From contig JAGYJY010000017.1 in NCBI GenBank assembly GCA_018401745.1, positions 88 to 64,087 of the forward strand: 64,000 bases of DNA, given 5' to 3'. This document shows positions 11,857-20,878 of the stretch, piece by piece; position 1 is the stretch's first letter; each line of letters starts with the position of its first letter. Under the pieces are notes generated by a model that was not told where the DNA came from, searched no databases, and was given only the letters and a program-made list of their open reading frames with translations. Source of the stretch: Pirellulales bacterium. Lineage in GTDB: Bacteria > Planctomycetota > Planctomycetia > Pirellulales > UBA1268. A program made the translations under genes and the position numbers.

Positions 11857-12822
11857 TTACCACTGCTCGCTCTCTGCAGGCAGCTCGCCATCAGCCCGGT
11901 CTCCAAGCTGTCGCAGCACCTCCGCATCGACGTTTTCGGAAAGGAATCGCACCGCCCCATCGCCCAGGCCGACATTCAGCCCGCCGACATGATGGCTGCC
12001 GAATCCCCCGACGAAGAGTGGATCCTCCGGCGTGGCGTCATCGATCCATGTTTCATCGGTCCTACGAAGGATGGGCGACGTGGTGCGGAGCGTCGAGCGA
12101 GTGCCGGAGGCCCAGCCGAGGTCGCCCTCGCTCCCGCGTCGCTCAGCAATCACCAGCGTGTTGCTCGAGCCGTCGGCGATGTCGGAAAAGCGGATGCGGC
12201 TGTTGAGAAACAGCACACCGTTGTTGTCGTCGTCGATCGGGGCTTCAACGGCGTTGGAGCAGCCGGCATAGTTCGACACGGCCACGCGCTGACTGCCTGA
12301 TTCGCGAACCGACGGCGTTGGTGACGACGGGCACAGCAGTGGCCCGATGACCACCGACCGCACCGCGGCGTTGGTGTCGGCATAGACGCCGTCTTCGATG
12401 CTGAAGTGATGTGCCAGCCGCTGCTGCTCAAAAAAGGGTAGCAGACGCACAATCCAGCCAACGTGATGCCCCTCAGGCAGGCTCCTGATCGGCCCTGATT
12501 CCCCAGAGGAGGCAAACTTTGAGTAGATAAATGTGACGACACCCTCAGGCAGGCTCTTGATCGGTCCTGATTTCCCAGTCACGCCTGCAGGGAATCGCTC
12601 AAAGGCAAACTCATGATTGTGGAGGGCCAGGCCGAGCTGCGCGAGGTTGTTGGTGCAGGAGCATCGCCGCGCGGCCTCTCGAGCGCTCTGCACGGCAGGC
12701 AGGAGCAGGCCGATAAGCACCCCGATGATCGCGATCACGACCAGGAGCTCCACAAGGGTGAAGCCATGCCGGCAGGGCTGTCGGCGGGATGGTGGAGCAG
12801 AGGCGGCGTTTGACGCATTCAT
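11857..12822 (-). CDS. DUF1559 family prepilin-type N-terminal cleavage/methylation protein with H-X9-DG-type motif
   Basis: [84 protein letters not shown]. Confidence 0.95.
   Translation of the reverse strand: MNASNAASAPPSRRQPCRHGFTLVELLVVIAIIGVLIGLLLPAVQSAREAARRCSCTNNLAQLGLALHNHEFAFERFPAGVTGKSGPIKSLPEGVVTFIYSKFASSGESGPIRSLPEGHHVGWIVRLLPFFEQQRLAHHFSIEDGVYADTNAAVRSVVIGPLLCPSSPTPSVRESGSQRVAVSNYAGCSNAVEAPIDDDNNGVLFLNSRIRFSDIADGSSNTLVIAERRGSEGDLGWASGTRSTLRTTSPILRRTDETWIDDATPEDPLFVGGFGSHHVGGLNVGLGDGAVRFLSENVDAEVLRQLGDRADGELPAESEQW
12470..12578. repeat. Two 37-bp direct repeats (3 mismatches) separated by a 35-bp AT-rich spacer, in frame inside the DUF1559 gene
   Basis: 12470-12506 ccctcaggcaggctcctgatcggccctgattccccag and 12542-12578 ccctcaggcaggctcttgatcggtcctgatttcccag, encoding [12 protein letters not shown] and [12 protein letters not shown]. 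Confidence 0.9.
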
Positions 12823-13256
12823 GGCAGAGATTCCTCGGGGGATGGCTGAGAGGGAGGCGAGATCCTGAGATTCCGGGAACGACGAATGGTGAGTGGGCCT
12901 TCGAGCGGGTAGGTGACAACGACGTGGACGCCCTGTGGGTCGTCGGGATCGCGTGCGATGCTGATGCGAGCGGAGCCGGCACCCGTCAGCTGCTGTGGCG
13001 TGAGCTCTACGTCGCCGTCGACTTCCTCGCCTGAGGCATGGCGTGCTCGGGCTAGGTCTTCCGCTGCCACGAGCAGCCGCTCCACCTGTCGCAGCTGCCG
13101 TTCGTGCCGCAGATGGTGGCGGGTCGCGGTGGCGGACCGCAGCATCGTCAGGCCAATGGCCGCGGCCACCGCCATACAGGCCACCGCCACCACCATCACA
13201 CCGCCCCGCCGCGGCTGCTGCCCGCTGGCCAACACCAAGGCCGCCATCGTGGTCAT
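12819..13256 (-). CDS. Pilin-like protein lacking Glu5 (GspK/PilX-like)
   Basis: PRRGG|[20 protein letters not shown]: basic leader, Gly, hydrophobic helix, no E5. ATGA overlaps on both sides. Confidence 0.6.
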   Translation of the reverse strand: MTTMAALVLASGQQPRRGGVMVVAVACMAVAAAIGLTMLRSATATRHHLRHERQLRQVERLLVAAEDLARARHASGEEVDGDVELTPQQLTGAGSARISIARDPDDPQGVHVVVTYPLEGPLTIRRSRNLRISPPSQPSPEESLP

Positions 13257-13783
13257 GGTGAACCCCCTTCCGCCGCTCTCGCTGCGGAGACGGCTGCGAC
13301 GAGGTCGACGGCAAGGCGTGGCCTGCGGGGCGAGTGGCTCTCGATGCGACCCTGCAGGGAGACCAGGGTCCCATCGTAAGATGCGGTCCAGCTGAAGGGC
13401 CGTGAGAACCGGTACGACTCCCGATGGGTTCCGCCGGCAGCGTCGCTCATGAGTCGCGTGAGCGATGTTTCCATGAGGTGGTAGCTGATGTGGCCATCGG
13501 GCACCTCGATCACCACCAGCGGCTCTGAACCGTGCTGGGACGGCTCCCCTGCCCCATCGCATCGCACGCAGCGAGCCTGATGGACGTCGCTGCGAAACTG
13601 CCGCGCCAGCCGGGCGGCGGTCCGCTCGTCAGCCAGAACCTGCCGCGATCGCGACTCAAAGGTGAAACTGCGATGCACGAGGCCCACCGAGGTGGCCATC
13701 ACGACCGAGGCAGCGGTCATCGCGGCCATCAGCTCAAACAGCGACGCACCTCGTCGGCATGCCCCGTGGCCTCTGCGTGTCAT
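13253..13783 (-). CDS. Minor (pseudo)pilin-like protein (GspJ/PilW-like)
   Basis: Class III-like signal RRG|[17 protein letters not shown] with E5. Confidence 0.7.
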   Translation of the reverse strand: MTRRGHGACRRGASLFELMAAMTAASVVMATSVGLVHRSFTFESRSRQVLADERTAARLARQFRSDVHQARCVRCDGAGEPSQHGSEPLVVIEVPDGHISYHLMETSLTRLMSDAAGGTHRESYRFSRPFSWTASYDGTLVSLQGRIESHSPRRPRLAVDLVAAVSAARAAEGGSP

Positions 13784-14232
13784 CGGGCGTCCTCCGGGGC
13801 AGGCAGAGGCGGCAGCCAGGTGGCCAGGGCGAGCGGTCGCTCGTGGCGGCCGGGAGCATCCCAGCCGAGCGAGAGCACAACGGCTTCCCCCAGCGGCGAT
13901 GCTCCGGCCCGTGCGACGGTCAGGCGAGCTCCCGGCAAGAGGTCGTGAAGCTCTGGAGACAGATCGACCGACGCCACCGCAGCATCGAGATTCGTCAACG
14001 AAGCAGCGGCCAGCCGCTCCGCCTGGTTGGCCAGTTCTTCCAGGGCGAGCCGTTCGCGGCGGGTTTCGCCCACCAGCCGCAGCTGCCGAGCAAACAGCGG
14101 CATGATCGTTGCGAGGGCCATGGCCGTGACAGCTGTCGCGGCGACCACTTCCAGCATGGTGAAGCCTACCCGCAGCCTGCCCGATGACGGCCGGGCGGCA
14201 GCCTTGTTTCGCAGCCTGTTAGGCGAGTTCAT
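13780..14232 (-). CDS. Minor (pseudo)pilin-like protein (GspI/PilV-like)
   Basis: Class III signal RVG|FTMLEVVAATAVTAMALATIMPLF. Confidence 0.75.
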   Translation of the reverse strand: MNSPNRLRNKAAARPSSGRLRVGFTMLEVVAATAVTAMALATIMPLFARQLRLVGETRRERLALEELANQAERLAAASLTNLDAAVASVDLSPELHDLLPGARLTVARAGASPLGEAVVLSLGWDAPGRHERPLALATWLPPLPAPEDAR

Positions 14233-15265
14233 CGATCAATCCCGTGAGTGAGGAGAAGACAGCCACCGCCTGAAACAAGACCAGCAGGCCCAGCATCACC
14301 ACTGCCGCAGGCACCAGCGTCTCGCGGAAGGCCTGCCCACGCCTGCCCAAGCGGGTGCGGCGGTTCGCGGCGATGCGGTGCATCACGAGCGTGCCGCTCG
14401 CGGCGTCCGCGTCGATCTGAGCGGCCTCGGCGGGATCGACGAGTCCCGCTGCCGCGAGGTCTGCGCCGAGGGCCCCCGAACGGGCGACCTTGCGAAGGCT
14501 GGCCTTGAGCCGCGGGTCGACGTGGCAGGCGGCCAGCGTGGTCGCGGCCTCGCACGGAGGGAGCCCGGCATCGATCGCCACTGCCAGCAGGTCGAACGCG
14601 GCTGCCCTTCGTCGTGGCCTCCGGAAAGGCCTCAGCAGCAGGCGGCGAAGCGAGGCGGAGAGCCGGCTGACCAGGGCCACCGCGACCACCGCAAAGGGCA
14701 CCCAGGCGATCTGCTCAAGGAAGCGCACGGCGCTCAGCCAGTGCTCAAAGAGAGCAGGCCGGCTGCCCCCTAACTCGCCGAGGACCATTATCAGCTGAGG
14801 CTTGATGAAGACCGCCAGGAAGGCCGTCACCATCAGGAGCATAGCAACGACGAACGACAGGTAGCCAACAGCTCCTCGGAGACTGCGGCCGGGCTTGCAG
14901 GCGAGCAGCTCATCGCCGGCGAGTGCCGTCTGGACCATCGGCCCGAGAAGCCCTGTCTGCTCGCCGAAGGCAACGGCCACCGCGTGGTCCTCCTGGACCA
15001 GCCCAGGCACAGCAGCGATCGCCTCGGAAGCAGTGGCTCCCTGACGGAGCCGCCGGGCGGCCTTCTCCAGACGTGTGCCCTGCCCGCCGCGGCTATCTTC
15101 GGCCCAGGCGTCGAGCAGCATCGCCGCGGGCACGCCCGCCGTGGCGGCTGCAGCAATCAGCCGCACGACCGCACCGCTCTCCGCCCTGGTTGCCCAGGTC
15201 GACCAGGTCCGTCGCCAGTGCCGGCGAAGCCTGCGGCCGATGCGGTGAAGGGAGTTGTCAGGCAT
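14219..15265 (-). CDS. Type II secretion system F / PilC family inner-membrane platform protein
   Basis: RLRQGATASEAI...VAFGEQTGLL, central TM segment ending VFIKPQLIMVLGELG, second repeat and a C-terminal TM segment ending LTGLIDELA. Confidence 0.75.
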   Translation of the reverse strand: MPDNSLHRIGRRLRRHWRRTWSTWATRAESGAVVRLIAAAATAGVPAAMLLDAWAEDSRGGQGTRLEKAARRLRQGATASEAIAAVPGLVQEDHAVAVAFGEQTGLLGPMVQTALAGDELLACKPGRSLRGAVGYLSFVVAMLLMVTAFLAVFIKPQLIMVLGELGGSRPALFEHWLSAVRFLEQIAWVPFAVVAVALVSRLSASLRRLLLRPFRRPRRRAAAFDLLAVAIDAGLPPCEAATTLAACHVDPRLKASLRKVARSGALGADLAAAGLVDPAEAAQIDADAASGTLVMHRIAANRRTRLGRRGQAFRETLVPAAVVMLGLLVLFQAVAVFSSLTGLIDELA

Positions 15266-15307
15266 GGCTGTCGGTGTCCGGCGTCACGGCGTGGAGGCTG
15301 GGGTTGG

Positions 15308-16222
15308 TCACGACAAGGCGTTGATCAGGTGCATCAGGGGCAGCAGCAGTCCCAGCAGAACGAAGCCCACCAACACGGCGATCACAGCGATCAGTGCTGG
15401 GCCTACCAGCAACGGCCCTGCACCGCTCGATCCACGGCACAGGTCTTCGTGGGCAGCCGCAATGGCATCCAGCAGGATCGCAGCGGCGTGCGGATCACAG
15501 TCGAGTGCGGCCGTTGCTGCATAGGTCAGCGGTCGGCGAGGTGCGGCCGTGTCGAGCGGACGTGCCGTCACGAGCCGAGCTGCGACGGCGACCGCGTCCT
15601 GCGGCGGCATGGTGCTGGCCACGAGCCTGGCCAGGCAGCGGGTAAAGTCTGCGGTGCTGCCGGCGGAGCTGCTCATCTGGCGGGTGAGGAGCCAGCGGCC
15701 CACGATCACGACGACGGCCACCGCGATGAGGGGCTGCCAGACGCTCGCGATGAAAGGCCGGATGGCAAGCGTTGCCCTTGTCAGCAGCGGCAGCTCAAGA
15801 CCGAAATCGCGAAAGATCGATTCAAAGGTTGCCAGGACGGTCACCGAGAGAAACGCGAGCAGCCCCAGGGCGAGGACCGCCATGACGGCCGGATAGGCAA
15901 TCGCCGCCCATCTCGTGTGCCCGCCACCACAACGCAGCCCCACCGCTGCCTGCAGGATGCGGGCTGGCAGCCGTGGATCGCCGCTGGGCGATGCAAACAG
16001 CGGTACCCAAGGGGCAAGCGAGGTGTCAGCAGCCTTGATACCGTCGGCGACATTCCCCGAGTCAAGGCATGCCGCCACCGCGAGCCAGGCAGGCCGTTCC
16101 CGTGGCGGAAGCTCCTCCGCGACAAGCCGCACGAAGCCTGCCTGCTCTCGGTGCCGGGCGATCGCCGTGGCCACGTGCGCGGCGATGACGTCGCGGTCGT
16201 CGGGGCGTGTGGCTGCGGTCAT
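15308..16222 (-). CDS. Type II secretion system F / PilC family protein
   Basis: AIAYPAVMAVLAL...FESIFRDFGLELPLLTR (PilC signature) and C-terminal GPALIAVIAVLVGFVLLGLLLPLMHLI. Confidence 0.8.
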   Translation of the reverse strand: MTAATRPDDRDVIAAHVATAIARHREQAGFVRLVAEELPPRERPAWLAVAACLDSGNVADGIKAADTSLAPWVPLFASPSGDPRLPARILQAAVGLRCGGGHTRWAAIAYPAVMAVLALGLLAFLSVTVLATFESIFRDFGLELPLLTRATLAIRPFIASVWQPLIAVAVVVIVGRWLLTRQMSSSAGSTADFTRCLARLVASTMPPQDAVAVAARLVTARPLDTAAPRRPLTYAATAALDCDPHAAAILLDAIAAAHEDLCRGSSGAGPLLVGPALIAVIAVLVGFVLLGLLLPLMHLINALS

Positions 16223-16946
16223 GGCCCACCTCGTGCGCCAATCGGGTCCTGCGGGGCTGCCAACGAGACGAGCAGGCCCGTCATCGGGCGAAACAGGGCA
16301 ACGCCGTAGCACAGCACCGCCAACCCTGCGATCAGGCTGCCCGCCAGCGGCAGCAGGCGGCGAGCCTTTTGTCGCTGCCGCTCGTCGAGCGACCGATAGA
16401 AGGCTGCTACGGCCCGGAGCGTGGCTGCCCGGCTGTCGATATCGCCCTGGGCCTCCGCAAACCTCACCAGCGGCGACGTCGTGCCAGCAGTGGGCAGGTT
16501 GATGGCCTGCACGACAGCGGTGGCGAGCTGTTCGCGTTGGGCTGCAGGCGTCTCGTTTGTAGCACTGCCGATTTCAGCCATCACATCGCACCGGGCCGCA
16601 CGGCCGGCATGGCGACCGACCGTGCCGCTCACGCGAACAGTCCAGGCTGCCAGAGCGACGGCGACGACAACGCCGAGAAGCCCCAGCAGAACCGCAGTGA
16701 GATCGACAGGCAGCCAGGAGGCTTCTGCGGGGATCGGCGGGCTTTCAAAGGCAGTCTCGAGGCCGGCGATCAGCTGCTGCTGCGGGACCAGCGTCCAGGC
16801 CATGCCCACGAGGGCGAGGCCAATGACCACCGCTGGGTAGAGGAGTGCGAGCCGAAACCGCACCTGGTCGTCGCGGACCGTCGCCGAGGCTGTCTCAACA
16901 ATCGCCTTGAGGCGACCGTTTTGGGGGCATCGTGGTCGTGTTTCAT
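16219..16946 (-). CDS. N-terminally short GspF/PilC-like protein; start uncertain, probable frameshift near 16920
   Basis: RLALLYPAVVIGL and C-terminal LPLAGSLIAGLAVLCYGVALFRPMTGLL. ATG 16946 follows a purine-rich RBS and joins the frame if one A is added to the CCCCCAAAA run. Confidence 0.6.
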
Positions 16947-17061
16947 CACTTCCCGTCCTCTCCGCTGGCCGCAGGCAGCAGCACCGAGGGGGAGCCGTCG
17001 CAGCGCCGGCCGTTTGCCGGCACTGAATCGCTGCTGCGAGGTTGCTCCCCACACAAGAGGA

Positions 17062-17103
17062 CGGAGCCCTCAGAAAAACCTTTTTTCGTTTTTCCGGGCT
17101 CCG
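17062..17103. promoter_or_regulatory. Dyad/hairpin upstream of the PilC-pilin operon
   Basis: cggagccc-tca-gaaaaac-cttttttc-gtttttc-c-gggctccg: 8-bp outer arms and 7-bp inner arms. Confidence 0.5.
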
Positions 17104-17187
17104 CTGGCAGACCGCGAGGGCGTTTCAGGCCGCACAGCAGCATCCGGTCTGGCAGTCAGGAGTGTTCGCGACTCGCTGCCGTGAGCC

Positions 17188-18453
17188 TCAGAGGCTCTCG
17201 GCGGTCGCCCCACGGATCCGCTCAAACTCATGCACAAACAGACCGCTGCGGAGCTTTGGCTCAAACCAGGTGCTCTTTGGCGGCATGATCTCGTCGGCAT
17301 CGGCCACCGCGAGCAGCTCATCAGCGCTCGTGGCGTGCATCGAGAAGGCGACGCCGTCGCTGCCGGCCCGCTTCTCCAGCTCTCCGCAGCCACGCACGCC
17401 GCCCACAAATGCAATCCGGGTGTCGGTTCGCGGATCCCCGATCCCGAGGATCGGCGCCAGCACCCGGTCTTGCAGCAGGGCCACATCGAGCGAAGCGATC
17501 GGATCGCTGCGGTCGATCGACGCTTCTGGGAAGGTCAGCAGCCACCAGCCGCCCGCCACAGCCACGAGCACCTGCCCACGGGAGGCTGGCGTTCCGGCAG
17601 CCGCAGGCTCGAGCGAGCCAACCTCGCGGAGCTTCTCGAAGAATGCCTCGGCAGAAAGCCCGTTGCGGTCGGCCACCACCCGGTTGTAGGGCAGGATGCG
17701 GAGCTGGTCGTGCGGAAAGATCACCGCCAGAAAACGGTTGTATTCCTCGCTGCCGTTGTGGCTGGCACTGGCCTTCTGCGAGGCGGTGGCTGCCCGCTCG
17801 CCGCCAGCAGAGCGGTGATGTCCGTCGGCGATGTAGAGTCGTCCGAGGCCTTCGAAGGCCGACACATAGGCAGCCGGGGTTGCCACCGGCCAGCCGGTGT
17901 GCTGCACGCCGGCTGGGTCCACAAAGTCAAAGAGCGGCTCCCCCGCCATGTCACCGGCCATCCGCTCGGCGATCGTCATGCCGCCGGAAGCCTCGTCGCG
18001 AAAGCAGAGAAACACAGGCTCGGCGTGGCTCGCCGTCACCAGCATGTGCCGCGTGCGGTCGTCTTCCTTGTCGGGCCGCGTCTTTTCATGCTTGCGAATC
18101 TCACCGGTGCGGTATTGCTCGGCTTCCACGCAGGCCACCACACCCGTCTGGGCCACGCCCTCGCGAATCTGTCGATAGAGAAAGAGGCTCGGCGAGGGCT
18201 CTCGAGACAGCGTGCCGTCGGCAATCATCGCCTGCAGGTTGTCGCTGGCCTTCTGGTAGACCTCCGCTGCATGGCAGTCGGTCTCCTCAGGAAGATCGAT
18301 CTCCGACCGCACGACATGCAGAAACGACTTCGGCTTTCCCTCGGCTCGCTCCCTCGCCTCCTGCGTGGAGATCACGTCGTAGGGATCGCAGGCGACCTCG
18401 GCGGCGTTTTCGGCGGAGGGACGAAGGGCGGCGAAGGGATGAATGCGGATCAT
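17188..18453 (-). CDS. DUF1015 family protein
   Basis: IHPFAALRP..ACDPYDV, IRKHEKTRPDKEDDR, LYIADGHHRSA, IMPPKSTWFEPKLRSGLFVH. Confidence 0.93.
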   Translation of the reverse strand: MIRIHPFAALRPSAENAAEVACDPYDVISTQEARERAEGKPKSFLHVVRSEIDLPEETDCHAAEVYQKASDNLQAMIADGTLSREPSPSLFLYRQIREGVAQTGVVACVEAEQYRTGEIRKHEKTRPDKEDDRTRHMLVTASHAEPVFLCFRDEASGGMTIAERMAGDMAGEPLFDFVDPAGVQHTGWPVATPAAYVSAFEGLGRLYIADGHHRSAGGERAATASQKASASHNGSEEYNRFLAVIFPHDQLRILPYNRVVADRNGLSAEAFFEKLREVGSLEPAAAGTPASRGQVLVAVAGGWWLLTFPEASIDRSDPIASLDVALLQDRVLAPILGIGDPRTDTRIAFVGGVRGCGELEKRAGSDGVAFSMHATSADELLAVADADEIMPPKSTWFEPKLRSGLFVHEFERIRGATAESL

Positions 18454-18547
18454 CGGGTCTCTCGAGGGCTGGCGTGTCGGCGAGTCGGCGTGCACGCGGA
18501 GGATAGCGATGCCCGCGACCGTGGTGCAAATGCTGCGCGGCCTGAGC

Positions 18548-18770
18548 GGGTCGCTCGGGGTGAGCCCGGGCCGATGAGCCGAGCGTTCGGGGTCGCTCGG
18601 GGTGAGCCCAAGCCGATTCGCCGAGCGTTCGGGGTCGCTCGGGGTGAGCCCAAGCCGATTCGCCGAGCGTTCGCTTCGCCATCCTGGCTTCGCTCACTCG
18701 TGCATTCTCGCTTTCGCCCTCCGGGCTGCGCTCGACTGCAAGGCCGGCTCATTCGGCCCGGGCTCACCCC
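18548..18770. repeat. Intergenic 42-bp tandem repeat x3 plus an inverted partial copy (REP/MITE-like)
   Basis: Units start at 18548, 18590 and 18632 (gggtcgctcggggtgagccc(aa/gg)gccgat(tc/ga)gccgagcgttcg). 18745-18770 is the reverse complement of 18557-18581 with one extra base. Confidence 0.9.
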
Positions 18771-19077
18771 TCGCTTACGGTTGTGAAGGGCGGCCTGTTC
18801 GCCGCTTCGCGGCGATCTGCGGCCGGGGCGGGGACGAGGGCCGAGCGGGGTGGCGGCGGGGCGCGTGCGGTGCGGCGCGCGGCTGCGCACGCGGGACGGG
18901 TCTTTGGGTGCCGGAGGCGGGACGGCTCGGCCGAGGCACTCGCAGCCGAGGCCGCTTTGCGGCCCGAGGACCCGTCCCGTTTCCTTGCTCGGGTCTTGTG
19001 CGCCGGGTGCTTGGGGACAGAAACTTGATGGTGGTGTTGGTGTGGACTGTGGCCTGGCCGGGTGAAGGAGCGAGTCG

Positions 19078-19575
19078 ATGAACCGTCGTGCTGTTGTGTC
19101 GCGTTGTGTGGGGATGGGCCGGGCGTTTTGCGTGCTGCTGGTGGCGGTCGCTGTGGCAATGCCGGCGGTGCGAGCCGAGGAAGACTTTGGTGACTTCAGC
19201 TCGGCCACGCTCACCGCGAAGGCCTGGGGGGCTGTTGGTGCCGGGAAGCTCGACACGGCCCTGGTGTTCACTGGCAAGTGCCGCGAGCTCTACATGGAGA
19301 AGGCGCTCGAGCAGCAGGCGTCGCTCGACGGGTTTGCCTCCGACGAGGAAGCCCCGATGCTCTGGGCGCTCAACGATGTGGGCACCTGCCTGTTTATCGA
19401 GGGGCAGGTCTACGAGCAGCAGAAGGACAGCAAGAAGGCCTTGGCTGCCTACGAGCAGCTGGCCTCCAAACTCGGATATGCCCAGTGCTGGGATCCCAAG
19501 GGCTGGTTCTGGAAGCCGGCCGAGGCTGCGAACAAGAAACTCAAGGAACTGGAGTTTGATGCGAAGCTTGAGTGA
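19078..19575 (+). CDS. Secreted TPR-like helical protein (family often annotated beta-glucanase precursor)
   Basis: Signal peptide ending AVRA-EE; SSATLTAKAWGA, WALNDVGTCLFIEG, AQCWDPKGWFWKPAEAA. Overlaps the GH gene start. Confidence 0.65.
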   Translation: MNRRAVVSRCVGMGRAFCVLLVAVAVAMPAVRAEEDFGDFSSATLTAKAWGAVGAGKLDTALVFTGKCRELYMEKALEQQASLDGFASDEEAPMLWALNDVGTCLFIEGQVYEQQKDSKKALAAYEQLASKLGYAQCWDPKGWFWKPAEAANKKLKELEFDAKLE

Positions 19576-20878
19576 GGCCTTCACGGCCGCGGTGGTGCTG
19601 CTGATCGCGGGAGTGGGAGCCGCCGCCGAGGCGCCATCGCCAGGAGCGATTCCCGTCCGCATCGAGGGCAGCCCTGCTGAAGGCTTTCGGCTGCTGAGAG
19701 CCGGCAGGCCGTTTCGGATTCAGGGTGTCGGCGGCCATCAGCACCTCGACGTGCTTGTGGCCTGCGGGGGCAACACGATCCGCACCTGGGATGTCGACAC
19801 GCTGCTCCGCGAGACCGATGGCGTGCGGCTGATCGACCGCGCAGCCAGCCTGGGCCTGGCGGTGACGGTGGGCATCTGGCTGGGGCATGAGCGGCATGGC
19901 TTCGACTATGGCGATCCGCAGCAGCTGCAGCAGCAGCGGCAGGCCGTGACGCGGGCTGTGGAGGCGCTCCGCGACCATCCCGCGGTGCTCAGCTGGGGGC
20001 TGGGAAACGAGATGGAGGGCCCCACGGGCTCCGGCGACAGCGAACAGATCTGGCAGGAGATCAACCGGCTGGCCGGTCTGATCAAGTCGCGTGACCGTGC
20101 GCATCCGGTGATGACGGTCGTCGCCAACATCAACCCGGCGAAAGTGGCAGCGATCCAGCAGCACGCTCCACTGGTCGACATTCTTGGAGTCAACGCCTAC
20201 GCCGGGGCCACCGGTGTGGGCCAGCAGCTGCGGCAGCTCGGCTGGCAGAAGCCCTACTGCATCACCGAATATGGCCTGCCAGGCCCGTGGGAAACGGAGC
20301 AGACCGCCTGGCACGCACCGGTTGAGCCGACCAGCCGGCAGAAGGCAGGGATGTACAACGCCGCCACTCGTGAGATCCTCGCCGATCCCGCGTGTCTGGG
20401 CGGCTACGCGTTTCTCTGGGGGCAGAAGCAGGAAGCGACCGCGAGCTGGTTTGGGATGTTTCTGCCGACGGGTGAAAAGACGATCACGGTCGATGCCGTG
20501 ACCGATGCCTGGACCGACCGCTGGCCTGACGACCGGGCGCCGGTGCTGCGGGATGTGGAGATGCCGCTGGCTGGCAAGCGGCTCGCGGCTGGCACCACGC
20601 TTCGTGTCGTGGCCCGCTCGACGGATCCTGAGGGCGAGCCGCTGTCGTATGCCTGGGAGGTTCGTCGCGAGAGCAGCGATCGGAAGACGGGCGGCGATGC
20701 CGAGCAGAGCCCTGAGGTTGTGCCGGGGTGCATTGTCTCAGCCGACGACCGCGGCGTGGCCACCGTCAGACTTCCGCGAGAGCCCGGCAGCTACCGGTTG
20801 TTTGTCACGGTTCGCGACGGCCACGGCTCTGGCAACATCGACAACTGGCCGTTTCAGGTCGGCTCAGGATCTCGCTGA
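19559..20878 (+). CDS. Secreted clan GH-A glycoside hydrolase (GH2 TIM-barrel-like, possibly GH157-like) with C-terminal Ig/PKD-like domain
   Basis: GGNTIRTW, acid/base motif WGLGNEME, GVNAY, nucleophile motif ITEYG, GGYAFLWGQKQE, C-terminal PGSYRLFVTVRDGHG. Confidence 0.8.
   Translation: MRSLSEAFTAAVVLLIAGVGAAAEAPSPGAIPVRIEGSPAEGFRLLRAGRPFRIQGVGGHQHLDVLVACGGNTIRTWDVDTLLRETDGVRLIDRAASLGLAVTVGIWLGHERHGFDYGDPQQLQQQRQAVTRAVEALRDHPAVLSWGLGNEMEGPTGSGDSEQIWQEINRLAGLIKSRDRAHPVMTVVANINPAKVAAIQQHAPLVDILGVNAYAGATGVGQQLRQLGWQKPYCITEYGLPGPWETEQTAWHAPVEPTSRQKAGMYNAATREILADPACLGGYAFLWGQKQEATASWFGMFLPTGEKTITVDAVTDAWTDRWPDDRAPVLRDVEMPLAGKRLAAGTTLRVVARSTDPEGEPLSYAWEVRRESSDRKTGGDAEQSPEVVPGCIVSADDRGVATVRLPREPGSYRLFVTVRDGHGSGNIDNWPFQVGSGSR

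Noticed and set aside
12470-12578. CRISPR array call for the 37/35/37 repeat
   Set aside because: Only two imperfect repeats, inside a coding frame, with no leader or cas genes. Kept as a finding but not called CRISPR.
12470-12578. Diversity-generating retroelement TR/VR pair
   Set aside because: Far shorter than typical TR/VR pairs, only three A/G differences, and no reverse transcriptase in the window.
11857-13374. 505-aa version of the DUF1559 ORF and other upstream-extended starts in the ORF track
   Set aside because: The extensions overlap neighbouring genuine genes; the class III signal and ATGA coupling place the start at 12822.
18548-18673. CRISPR array, or a repeat protein from ORFs 17230..18786 and 18287..18697
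   Set aside because: The units are head-to-tail with no unique spacers; the translated repeats are incidental readings of an intergenic element.
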